A DNA stretch of 64,000 nt, from the UHGV virus genome UHGV-0371537; one strand, given 5' to 3'. This DNA is from a virus. The position numbers were made by a program, and so were the translations under genes. The notes under the pieces are model-generated. The model had not been told where the DNA came from. It saw only the letters and a list, made by a program, of their open reading frames with translations, and did no database searches. This document shows, in pieces, positions 54,729 through 62,987 of the stretch (within the stretch, counting starts at the first letter, position 1; the number at the start of each line of letters is the position of its first letter).

Positions 54729-55697
54729 TTAGAAGCTATCACCTTCGGTGTCAAAGCGCCCTTTGTGCAGAGGCTCCAGTTCGATGAACGTCATGTCAAC
54801 CTGTGTGGACACGATTCCATCGTCCTTGTGAACGGCGTATGAACTGTCTGGTGTTTCGTTCACAAACATGTTCGACAGAACGCAGGTAGAAATGCGATGC
54901 AGCCATTGGTTACGTTCGCCATTGACCATGAAGGTGATGTCAAATGTCGATGGGTGCAGATAGAACGCGCTGGAGTTCTTGTTGTACTTGTACTCTGGGT
55001 ACATGTGCATCTTGAACAACCGGATGATCTCACGGACCATCTTGGCTTCCTTTTGAGAGCGCGGTGTGAATTTAAACGTGAATGGGATCTCACGGTTGCG
55101 AACCCCCTGGAAGATCATCTCAACATAGGGGTTGGTCATCGTGCCCGTGAACAACTCAAGGGTGTCATGGGCGTTAATGGTCGGTAGGAACGGGATAGAC
55201 TCCGAAGCGGACTGGATTGCCTTGGTTGCCGCGAATCGACCCATCTCCTTTCCGACGTTCAGAGCATCACCCAGCTTGAACTGAGTCATGTCCTGGGCGG
55301 CACGTGAAAGGAATTGTGCTCCCATACCAGCCAGTCCCAGCTCGCTGCCGTTCCAGCCAACACCATAGTTGGTTGTAATAGACTCTGGCATACACAGGAC
55401 TATGGATTCGTTTGAACGAACGTGACGCGCCCAGGCATACTTGGTGATAGAACCGGACTTGGCTCCATAGACCACAGGAGTGTTCCCAATCGGGTTCTTG
55501 ATCGGGTTCTCAACAGTCTGGGTAGCCGTGTCACCGTAAGATGAACCGGAGATGCGGTTGATGTTGAATAGGACATAGTGTCCGAGCGTTTTACCGCCCG
55601 TGACGTCCAGGGGATAAGCCAATTGCTTCTGAGCCTGGGACAATCCCTTCGTGTTCAGAACTTTGATCTTATCGATTGTCTTCTTGAAGTCGGCCAT
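54729..55697 (-). CDS. virion structural protein, tail-tube-family-like (tentative)
   Basis: 322 aa; first gene of the minus-strand hub block. Confidence 0.4.
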   Translation of the reverse strand: MADFKKTIDKIKVLNTKGLSQAQKQLAYPLDVTGGKTLGHYVLFNINRISGSSYGDTATQTVENPIKNPIGNTPVVYGAKSGSITKYAWARHVRSNESIVLCMPESITTNYGVGWNGSELGLAGMGAQFLSRAAQDMTQFKLGDALNVGKEMGRFAATKAIQSASESIPFLPTINAHDTLELFTGTMTNPYVEMIFQGVRNREIPFTFKFTPRSQKEAKMVREIIRLFKMHMYPEYKYNKNSSAFYLHPSTFDITFMVNGERNQWLHRISTCVLSNMFVNETPDSSYAVHKDDGIVSTQVDMTFIELEPLHKGRFDTEGDSF

Positions 55698-55747
55698 GGT
55701 CTCAGCCCTTAAATAGATAGAGTGTTATGGCTATTTAGGACTAAATT

Positions 55748-56362
55748 ATGAGCAACTATCTTCAGGGGAAATACACCCCGGTTAATCCCAAGAAGTACCA
55801 GGGGAATGTGAACAACATCATCTTCCGCTCTTCGCTGGAGTTGGTGGCTTTCAAGTTCTGTGATATGAACTCCGCGATAGTGAAGTGGTCGTCTGAAGAG
55901 ACTGTAATCCCTTACGTGTCTCCGGTTGACGGTCGGACCCATCGTTACTTCATGGACCTCAAGGTGTGGACACACCGTGAAGGACAGGAAGAACTCCAGG
56001 TCACCCTCATTGAGATCAAGCCCAAAGACCAGATTAAGCAGCCGAAGAAGACTCCGTCTATGAAGGAATCAACCTTCAACAATGCGATGCGAACCTGGCT
56101 GGTCAACTCCGCCAAATGGGAAGCCACCCGCGAACTGTGTGCCAAGAAGAACTGGAAGTTCATTATCTGGACTGAAGAGCATCTTGTCCCAGGCGAAGAT
56201 CCCGATGTTCGCAAACAGTTCGAACTGAAGTCGAAGAAGAAACGGGATATGGAGATGGAAGACCGCCGTCGTGCCGAACGCGTCAGATTCTTGAAAGAAC
56301 AGATGCGGAAGGAGATTCATCCCGCCCCAACGGAACGGGATGATGGGCTGTTGCTTCCCTAA
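55748..56362 (+). CDS. 4: head completion protein gp4-like
   Basis: FRSSLELVAFKFCD...VKWSSEETVIPYVSPVDGRTHRYFMD...IEIKP matches the gp4 family pattern (YRSSWEL...WSSEE.VIPY...RYF.DF...EIKP) as recalled. Confidence 0.55.
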   Translation: MSNYLQGKYTPVNPKKYQGNVNNIIFRSSLELVAFKFCDMNSAIVKWSSEETVIPYVSPVDGRTHRYFMDLKVWTHREGQEELQVTLIEIKPKDQIKQPKKTPSMKESTFNNAMRTWLVNSAKWEATRELCAKKNWKFIIWTEEHLVPGEDPDVRKQFELKSKKKRDMEMEDRRRAERVRFLKEQMRKEIHPAPTERDDGLLLP

Positions 56363-56571
56363 CTTCTTTTGTGCCCAGGGGCGTAACAGGTATGTCTGTC
56401 GCGCCCAATTTGCCAACCATCAGCCCGAGCCAATCTGACACACTCACCCCAAGTCTCACCAGTGTACTGTTTGAATCCACATTTGGGGTGATGCTCTTCC
56501 CAAGCCCAACTGCATGATTTACAGTCAGAGCATTCACAATACAGGTCGATGGTGTAGCCTGAAGTAATCAT
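56359..56571 (-). CDS. small Cys-rich protein
   Basis: CECSDCKSC...HPKCG...CYAPGH. Confidence 0.4.
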   Translation of the reverse strand: MITSGYTIDLYCECSDCKSCSWAWEEHHPKCGFKQYTGETWGECVRLARADGWQIGRDRHTCYAPGHKRS

Positions 56572-56573
56572 GA

Positions 56574-56933
56574 TCAGTCACCAACCAAATGAAGGTCCGG
56601 GGGTAATTTCTTCAACATGGACTCCACATCTTCCACTTTAAAGAAATCCGTTTTCTCTCCATCTTGAATTCTTATCATTTCCCCTCTGATGTTGGGCACA
56701 TTGATATAAACATCAGATCCTTCTATTTTGAAAGCCACGGTGTAGAATATAGCATCTGCATCGAATCTGGCTCCGGTGATGATGCCCTTCAACCACACGT
56801 CTTCTTCAGAATCGGAGGTTGGGTCACCCAATTTCAGTTTGATGGCGTCACCAGGGTTAAATTGGGTGCTTGGGACTTCGTTCCGGCGTCTGGCTTCCAT
56901 TTCCGTGAGGAATGTTCTATTTTGCCAGCTCAT
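56574..56933 (-). CDS. hypothetical protein
   Basis: ORF track. Confidence 0.45.
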   Translation of the reverse strand: MSWQNRTFLTEMEARRRNEVPSTQFNPGDAIKLKLGDPTSDSEEDVWLKGIITGARFDADAIFYTVAFKIEGSDVYINVPNIRGEMIRIQDGEKTDFFKVEDVESMLKKLPPDLHLVGD

Positions 56934-56935
56934 GA

Positions 56936-57343
56936 TCAGTCGTCCAGGTGGTCGTAGATCTTCTGACGGAATGCATTACCGCCAGCACAGCCCGTGGCCA
57001 GCAGGCGAGTGCCGCCTGTACCGATGACACTGATGGTAGAGAAGCCCAGGATGCGGCCTGTGATGGACTGGTCGACCTTCACTGTTTCCACCTTGCCGAT
57101 GCGCAACTCATCAGCATCACGACGGATGAATCCGCGCTTGACGATGACACGTTTGTTGGTCACAGCGAATTCAGTGGTCAACACGTTCAGCACAGTCGGG
57201 ATCAGGAACAACAGACTGACACCGAAGGTCGGAACAAACAGCAGTACAACCAGCACATACATCCAGAAACCACTCCACCAGGTCGGGCGGGTGAAGGCAA
57301 TAACGTGCTCGTCTTTGCCGAGCATACGATCTACATAACGCAT
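56936..57343 (-). CDS. membrane protein with bacterial PH-like (bPH_2) domain
   Basis: Two N-terminal TM helices then NKRVIVKRGFIRRDADELRIGKVETVKV pattern. Confidence 0.5.
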   Translation of the reverse strand: MRYVDRMLGKDEHVIAFTRPTWWSGFWMYVLVVLLFVPTFGVSLLFLIPTVLNVLTTEFAVTNKRVIVKRGFIRRDADELRIGKVETVKVDQSITGRILGFSTISVIGTGGTRLLATGCAGGNAFRQKIYDHLDD

Positions 57344-57353
57344 GATAAATTCC

Positions 57354-57863
57354 TTACTTGTCAGGGTTCACTAAAACAGGGTTAGATACCAGTTCGCCGT
57401 TCTTCACAGAATGCTGAACCACAGCAAACTGATCGACCATGCGATACACTTCAATCCCAGCAGCCAACATTTCAATAATACCGTCTGTGATCCGGTACGG
57501 TACATTGTATATGACCTTACCAATCTTGCCACTGTCGATAATACGACGGGTGCATTCCGGACACGGACTGTGGGTGACAAACATCACCAGACCACACCAG
57601 TCTTCAGCCCACTGGGGGAGTTTGTTTAAGGCATTCTCCTCAGCGTGGATAACGCCCACCGATACCAGTTGACCGTCCACTTCTTTCTCGCAAACATTTG
57701 GAGCGCCGGGGGCTGTCCCGTTCCAGCCGATAGATAGGGGCTGGTCAACACGTGGGTCAACGATAACACAGCCGACCTTCAGGCGCTGGGCATAGCTGGA
57801 CAGAGCGTATGCATGAGCAGAGCGCATATGCGCAAACATCATACGGGGTTTGATAGCCATCAC
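57354..57863 (-). CDS. cd: dCMP deaminase
   Basis: Zinc-binding HAEENAL and PCPEC motifs of cytidine/deoxycytidylate deaminases. Confidence 0.85.
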   Translation of the reverse strand: MMAIKPRMMFAHMRSAHAYALSSYAQRLKVGCVIVDPRVDQPLSIGWNGTAPGAPNVCEKEVDGQLVSVGVIHAEENALNKLPQWAEDWCGLVMFVTHSPCPECTRRIIDSGKIGKVIYNVPYRITDGIIEMLAAGIEVYRMVDQFAVVQHSVKNGELVSNPVLVNPDK

Positions 57864-58174
57864 ATCACCAGTTTCTTTTCAAGGAGGAAGATCATGTCGT
57901 CCTGGTCTGCGCGACCGAAGATCTGACCCATGGCGACCATCTGGTGAACTTCTCTGGTAATGATTTCTTTGCCAGGAGTAACTTCATCCAGGTCCATGAT
58001 AGTGCTGACGCGGTCTACCATGCGCGGCGGGTGATTAATGTAGCGCTGCAGGTACTTCTCACGAGTGGCAATCAGGTTGTTCAGCTCGGCGATTTCAGAC
58101 TCTTCTTCTGAGAAGCGCTTTTCCTTCGCCTGTAGTTCAGCCAGACGCTCATACATTTCTTTTAATGGGGTCAT
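57860..58174 (-). CDS. hypothetical protein
   Basis: ORF track; AAGAGGAA RBS. Confidence 0.45.
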   Translation of the reverse strand: MTPLKEMYERLAELQAKEKRFSEEESEIAELNNLIATREKYLQRYINHPPRMVDRVSTIMDLDEVTPGKEIITREVHQMVAMGQIFGRADQDDMIFLLEKKLVM

Positions 58175-58244
58175 TTCCGGTTCCTCTTAATAAACTAAGG
58201 GGAAGTATATACTCCCCCTTCTTCAATAACCGCTGAATCTTTAT

Positions 58245-58583
58245 TCAGAGATAAGATTTACCGAGTTCGGTCAGGCGATAGAACGTCACCTCAGTGTTCG
58301 GCCAGTTCACGTAAGAACCGTCATGAACCATTGAGCCAGCTGGTTCGATCAACCCCTTGGCGAGCAGGGAAGCCCCTGTGCGGGTGTCCCATGGGTCGCC
58401 TTTGACGGAGGTGAAACCACCAGCGTTCGGGCATACCTGGAACGTCCAGACGGTGTTGCCCTTGTCATTTGTCCAGGATTTGGGTTGCAAGTACCGTTCA
58501 CCATAACGGCAATGACCTTTCTCAAAGTTCTCTATCCCGTAGAGAACTAAGAGTTGGTGTCCTGTAATACGCGGCTTTTTCAT
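58245..58583 (-). CDS. hypothetical protein
   Basis: Internal ATG 58583 with AAGGAG RBS; ATGA overlap with upstream gene. Confidence 0.4.
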   Translation of the reverse strand: MKKPRITGHQLLVLYGIENFEKGHCRYGERYLQPKSWTNDKGNTVWTFQVCPNAGGFTSVKGDPWDTRTGASLLAKGLIEPAGSMVHDGSYVNWPNTEVTFYRLTELGKSYL

Positions 58584-58897
58584 GACAATACTCCTTTCAG
58601 AGCTAAAACGGAAAGCACACCAATAATCAACCATGTCGGGATAATCGGCTTGCAGTTCATGTGGGTTTCTCCACCTTCGATGTTTGGACTTCCTTGTATA
58701 AGAACGTGTTCACAGGAAGCTCTGAACGTCATTACACAGCCCATCAACACAATCGGCCTGATATAATAACCCGTTTTAGTTTGCTTCACGATACATGGAG
58801 AGGAGAAGCGCAGATATGGATCCCCTTTCCGGTAGCCTGTGATTGTGACCTTCTGCACTTCAGAAGGCACCTTTTGGCCAGGAAAATAAATTTTCAT
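58580..58897 (-). CDS. hypothetical protein with C-terminal hydrophobic segment
   Basis: ORF track; C-terminal TM-like [20 protein letters not shown]. Confidence 0.4.
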   Translation of the reverse strand: MKIYFPGQKVPSEVQKVTITGYRKGDPYLRFSSPCIVKQTKTGYYIRPIVLMGCVMTFRASCEHVLIQGSPNIEGGETHMNCKPIIPTWLIIGVLSVLALKGVLS

Positions 58898-59454
58898 ATT
58901 TCAATCCCCAGATTGGTGTATAACAACTCAGACAGGGTTACAGGACGCTTGAATTGTTCCCAACTACAGTTCAGGTATTCACGTTCTTCACGCATTTCAC
59001 TGTGAAGATGACCATGGATATTATACGCCCAGCGGTCCAATTGATAAGGAACGTGAGTGGTCAGCACACGACCAACCGGAGTATCACGCTCATACATCGC
59101 ACCAAAGGAGCTAATCCATCCCTCTTGATACAGCTGCATCAACATCTTGAATCTGTCATGGTTGCCTTGCGCCACCCTGATGATAAAGTTCGGTCGCCAG
59201 TCATCGGGAACCGGGCGGCGCTTGAACTCATCAATATTCCTCTTGGCACCCTCGCGCATCAGGCGAATGAACCCCTCAGCCCCGATGAAGCAGATGTCCC
59301 CAGCCAGTTCAAGGACGTCTCGGGACTTCAGCCCCTGAAAGATACTGTCGATAACTGCAGCATCATGCGCCTCTTGGGTATCGAACCCACGGGGCTTGAA
59401 GACCTTCTTGTGTCCGAGGTGGGTGTCGCCCAGATATTTTACAATTCCTGCCAT
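58894..59454 (-). CDS. calcineurin-like metallophosphoesterase
   Basis: GDTHLGH, GNHD, GHLH metal-ligand motifs; ATG 59454 with GAGGAG RBS. Confidence 0.6.
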   Translation of the reverse strand: MAGIVKYLGDTHLGHKKVFKPRGFDTQEAHDAAVIDSIFQGLKSRDVLELAGDICFIGAEGFIRLMREGAKRNIDEFKRRPVPDDWRPNFIIRVAQGNHDRFKMLMQLYQEGWISSFGAMYERDTPVGRVLTTHVPYQLDRWAYNIHGHLHSEMREEREYLNCSWEQFKRPVTLSELLYTNLGIEI

Positions 59455-59882
59455 TATGGTCTCCTCAACCATTCTAAAATCGATACGTTCACAAACCCCT
59501 TATGCCAGCGATGGGGTTTATGGCCTCTGTTGTGTTCGAGCAAACACGTGTCCGGTGGGACACTGAAGTGGATGCCGTCGATGTCGTAGTAATGCCCATC
59601 AATCAGAGTATACACATGACCTTCGGTCTGACTGTAATGGATCTCTGCTTGAGGGTACACGTGCTTCAACAACAGAGCGACCTGGTAACACTTCCCGTTC
59701 TTCCCCACGTACTCGACATCCACCTGTTGTGGAAACACATCTTTGACAAGGTTTATCAATCTCGTGATGTCATTTACAACAACCGAACGTTTCATATCGC
59801 CTCTCCCGAGGATTCGTTGGTGAACCAATGATACTCTATCCCGGATATAGAAAAGCCCCTCACGGGGCTTGATCATCTTCAT
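59454..59882 (-). CDS. hypothetical protein
   Basis: ORF track. Confidence 0.45.
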   Translation of the reverse strand: MKMIKPREGLFYIRDRVSLVHQRILGRGDMKRSVVVNDITRLINLVKDVFPQQVDVEYVGKNGKCYQVALLLKHVYPQAEIHYSQTEGHVYTLIDGHYYDIDGIHFSVPPDTCLLEHNRGHKPHRWHKGFVNVSILEWLRRP

Positions 59883-60162
59883 CAGGGAATATACGCCATC
59901 GACCTATTCCATACCACTCACCGATAGAGTTCCATGTCCTTTCCCCAGGCCAGCCACCGACCGAGTAGTAATGCGCCACCAGCCGCCAGTAAGGAAGAGA
60001 GGCCGTGTTCACGCCGCCGTCGGCCTTTAGGCAGGCCAAGTACCAATTCGTGAGACTGAACGCCTGAAATAACGGATGAAGGAACATGAAGTACAGGTAG
60101 CCCAATATGGCTGTGAACACCCCAGCTGTTACGATCACACCGATGACAGTGAATACAATCAT
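59860..60162 (-). CDS. small membrane protein
   Basis: N-terminal TM MIVFTVIGVIVTAGVFTAILGYLYFMF. Confidence 0.4.
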   Translation of the reverse strand: MIVFTVIGVIVTAGVFTAILGYLYFMFLHPLFQAFSLTNWYLACLKADGGVNTASLPYWRLVAHYYSVGGWPGERTWNSIGEWYGIGRWRIFPDEDDQAP

Positions 60163-60791
60163 CCCACAACCTCCAGCCCCATCAGATCTTCCATGGTCTT
60201 CTGAATACGCAGCCAGTCAAGCGCAGCGTCATAACGAGGGTCATGATAGACCATACCTTCCAGTTCCCACGCCTTGATACCAGCATACCGATCCTGCTGT
60301 CCAACACCCTTCAGCCAACTCACGATGTCGAAGGTGTGGTGGTAATCCCAAGGCTCGTTGGAATCCTGCTTACACGTCACCTCAATGATGTGCTGAGCCT
60401 TGCGCAGATCGAACAGGTTGCGATCACACCAGTCAACCGAGCGCGGGTCTACCCCAAGACGATGACAACCCTTGCGGATTTCATCGGCCAGCTGGAAGAT
60501 AGAGATGTCATCTTCCTTGGGGTACAGACTGACTGCGCGAGCCGCATCACACGGGTTACGTTTACCCGCCCCCAACCACCATTCTACCGTCCCAGCGTCC
60601 TTCACGCGACCAAGTTCGAGCTGCTCTTTGACATTCAGCTTAATGAACGTCGTGTGCTCCTCAACCAGCTGCTGAAGAGTATAACGCTTGGTCAGGTCGG
60701 CGATGGTGTGCGCCCAAGACAGCATGACTGCATCATCCCAGCGCCCCAAGGTTTCACTGTCGGCCACAGCCAAAAAATTTGATTTATACAT
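60159..60791 (-). CDS. 3'-5' exonuclease-like protein (DexA-like, tentative)
   Basis: N-terminal FLAVADSETLG (D-x-E) suggests DEDD-type exonuclease. Confidence 0.45.
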   Translation of the reverse strand: MYKSNFLAVADSETLGRWDDAVMLSWAHTIADLTKRYTLQQLVEEHTTFIKLNVKEQLELGRVKDAGTVEWWLGAGKRNPCDAARAVSLYPKEDDISIFQLADEIRKGCHRLGVDPRSVDWCDRNLFDLRKAQHIIEVTCKQDSNEPWDYHHTFDIVSWLKGVGQQDRYAGIKAWELEGMVYHDPRYDAALDWLRIQKTMEDLMGLEVVG

Positions 60792-61035
60792 GCTTATTCT
60801 CCCAACACTTTATTTTGGCTTTTACTGTATAATAATTTTCATCAATGAACTTTTTGTTGACGCGCTTAATTTCTATCTCTGGGCAAAGTAACCCTATAGT
60901 TTCCCTCAAAATCTGGCTCACCCTGGCCTGTGAAATACAATAAATTTCTGATACTTCTTTCGAACTAGTTCCAGACATGACAAGTTTTAGAATATTGACC
61001 TTTTTATAAAATTCTTGATCAAACGCGCATATCAT
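60784..61035 (-). CDS. small HTH protein (sigma-70 region-4-like)
   Basis: SKEVSEIYCISQARVSQILRE resembles region-4/LuxR-type HTH; strongly A+T-rich gene. Confidence 0.45.
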   Translation of the reverse strand: MICAFDQEFYKKVNILKLVMSGTSSKEVSEIYCISQARVSQILRETIGLLCPEIEIKRVNKKFIDENYYTVKAKIKCWENKHV

Positions 61036-61038
61036 TAT

Positions 61039-61638
61039 TCACCCCTCCTCGTCGATGATTTCTTGCTCATCTTCGACAATCATGATACCTTCTGTGTCCA
61101 GATGAGAAAGTTCCATCAGATCATCATCGAATCCGTCTCCTTCCCTGATATAGAAGACTGGGACGACACGACGGCGGGTCTCTTCATACACGCTTTCAGA
61201 GATTCGATTGATATGGCGCACTACACTGTAGAGGTTCAGGCCACCAATACCACAGCCGATAGCAGGCAGGCCGACATAGACAGTTTCGTCTTTAGTTGCT
61301 TCCACAATTTCATGCACCTGCTCAAACAGGGTCTGAACAGAACTGATGACTGACGGCATGCGAGCGTTCGGACCTGGATAAAACTGAGTGTAGAGATTCG
61401 CACCCCAAACGCCCTTGCTGTGGTCAAATGCATAGGACATACCACCCAGGCGTTGCTCTGGACCACGAGGGTCGTTCGCATCGACTTCGCGCAGCGCTGG
61501 GAAGTTGTTGCCGATGTGCAGGGCAATACCCGCGCCCATGGTGGACCAGCAGTTGGCACCGTGGGCAAAGATGTTTATCAGATTGAAGCTGCAGGCGGCT
61601 TTCAGTAAATCACCGCCATTGATTACATAAGTGGTCAT
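61039..61638 (-). CDS. macro-domain-like protein (ADP-ribose binding/processing)
   Basis: VINGGDLL...INIFAHGANCWSTMGAGIALHI...GLPAIGCGIGGL parallels macro domain motifs (GDIT...NAAN...GGGV..AI...FPAISTG); internal ATG with GGAG RBS. Confidence 0.55.
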   Translation of the reverse strand: MTTYVINGGDLLKAACSFNLINIFAHGANCWSTMGAGIALHIGNNFPALREVDANDPRGPEQRLGGMSYAFDHSKGVWGANLYTQFYPGPNARMPSVISSVQTLFEQVHEIVEATKDETVYVGLPAIGCGIGGLNLYSVVRHINRISESVYEETRRRVVPVFYIREGDGFDDDLMELSHLDTEGIMIVEDEQEIIDEEG

Positions 61639-61877
61639 GCGTACTGTCTCCATTCAATAATGCTGTTGTCAACACACAACACCTGAAAGATGCCCGTGCG
61701 GTGGCGATAATCGGTTATCTGCAGGATAAAGTTGTTCCCATTGCGGATAATGGTGTTGACAACGATACCCTTGGCAGCAAGGCGTGTTACTATCTCAGTG
61801 CAAAGGCGGTCCATATAACCGGACACAGAACCTGGTTCAAAGCAGCGCTCGAACAGATTTTCAAATTCTGGATTCAT
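61635..61877 (-). CDS. hypothetical protein
   Basis: ORF track; candidate promoter hairpin upstream. Confidence 0.4.
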   Translation of the reverse strand: MNPEFENLFERCFEPGSVSGYMDRLCTEIVTRLAAKGIVVNTIIRNGNNFILQITDYRHRTGIFQVLCVDNSIIEWRQYA

Positions 61878-61927
61878 TTGTTGTTACCAAACAAGGGGTC
61901 GAGGCGGTAATAATACCGCCTTTTTCT

Positions 61928-62311
61928 TCAATAGAGGTCTTCGGAAAAGAGTTCACGGAAAGGATTGGTTTTGAGGCGGACCTGGTTGATCTGTCCGGCT
62001 TCACGGGCTACGACGCAAGCCTCTTCACGAGTGAGGAAGTTCCCCTGATTGTCGATGAAGCCCTGCTCACGAGTATGAGTAGATTTAATGACGCCAGCCT
62101 CCTTCAGAATCTTGAGCTGGCTGTTCATGAATCGGCTATGGTGTCGGTCAGCAACAACGATTACATCACCATATTTGTTTGCAGCAGCGACCACACGGCG
62201 CTCCCAAGCCCCTTCCGCAGGGAGGTCACGGGTGTACAGGGGAATCACAGTATCACCGATGGAGTCGCCATTCACCTGGGAGAATAATTTACCATCAGTG
62301 CCTGTTGGCAT
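61928..62311 (-). CDS. hypothetical protein
   Basis: ORF track. Confidence 0.45.
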   Translation of the reverse strand: MPTGTDGKLFSQVNGDSIGDTVIPLYTRDLPAEGAWERRVVAAANKYGDVIVVADRHHSRFMNSQLKILKEAGVIKSTHTREQGFIDNQGNFLTREEACVVAREAGQINQVRLKTNPFRELFSEDLY

Positions 62312-62340
62312 TCACGAAAATAACCAAGTAATTTCATAAT

Positions 62341-62661
62341 CTAGTCAATCCATATTTCAGGTTCAGGAATGTCGACCATATCCACTGTCTGGTTCTTCAG
62401 ATCATGGAAACAGTCGCCGAGGAATTGTATTTTGCCGTCGGTCAGGAACAGATGGCAACGTGACGCTGGGTCAGATGCATTCACAAGCAGGCTCGGCGTG
62501 AACGTAGGCTCAACAACATTGTTGTTCCACGTCCACACTGGACCTTGTTCTGGAGATCCCTTCACGCGGTATGGGTGAAGCATATCACACCCAGGACAAT
62601 GAAAATACAGGGAATCACCCATGGACAGAAGTTTAGGACTCAGAAGATGCGACATGATCAA
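62341..62661 (-). CDS. hypothetical Cys-containing protein
   Basis: FHCPGC...WTWN...PTFTPS...CHLFLTDGKIQFLGDC conserved-looking pattern, family not named. Confidence 0.45.
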   Translation of the reverse strand: MIMSHLLSPKLLSMGDSLYFHCPGCDMLHPYRVKGSPEQGPVWTWNNNVVEPTFTPSLLVNASDPASRCHLFLTDGKIQFLGDCFHDLKNQTVDMVDIPEPEIWID

Positions 62662-62945
62662 CCCTCCACGCTTGCTTCAGGATCGTATGGGCGCAGTTCA
62701 CCAATCAGTTTCGGGAAAAGAGCGAACCCAAACAAGTTGAAAGAACGCATGGTGCCGACCATTGCAACATCTTCCCCTTCCTCGATATCTTTCAGGGCGC
62801 ACATTGGGTAATATTCATCGACCTCCGGGTCTTCGGTTTCACCATAGAGGCCAAACGCCACCTCTTCTTTGATAAAGCGAGGAACCAGGAAATCAAATAG
62901 GAAAATGATGAATACCACAGGCGCTGCAGAACGGAGATAGAACAT
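62658..62945 (-). CDS. small membrane protein
   Basis: N-terminal hydrophobic APVVFIIFLFDFLV. Confidence 0.4.
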   Translation of the reverse strand: MFYLRSAAPVVFIIFLFDFLVPRFIKEEVAFGLYGETEDPEVDEYYPMCALKDIEEGEDVAMVGTMRSFNLFGFALFPKLIGELRPYDPEASVEG

Positions 62946-62987
62946 AGCACAATCCTCGCAGGTGAGGAGGGGCGAACCCCTCCGATG

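Noticed and set aside
54163-55697. Specific gp28/gp48/gp54/gp51 assignments for the two upstream genes of the hub block
   Set aside because: Gene order differs from T4 and I cannot recall diagnostic motifs reliably; left as tentative structural proteins.
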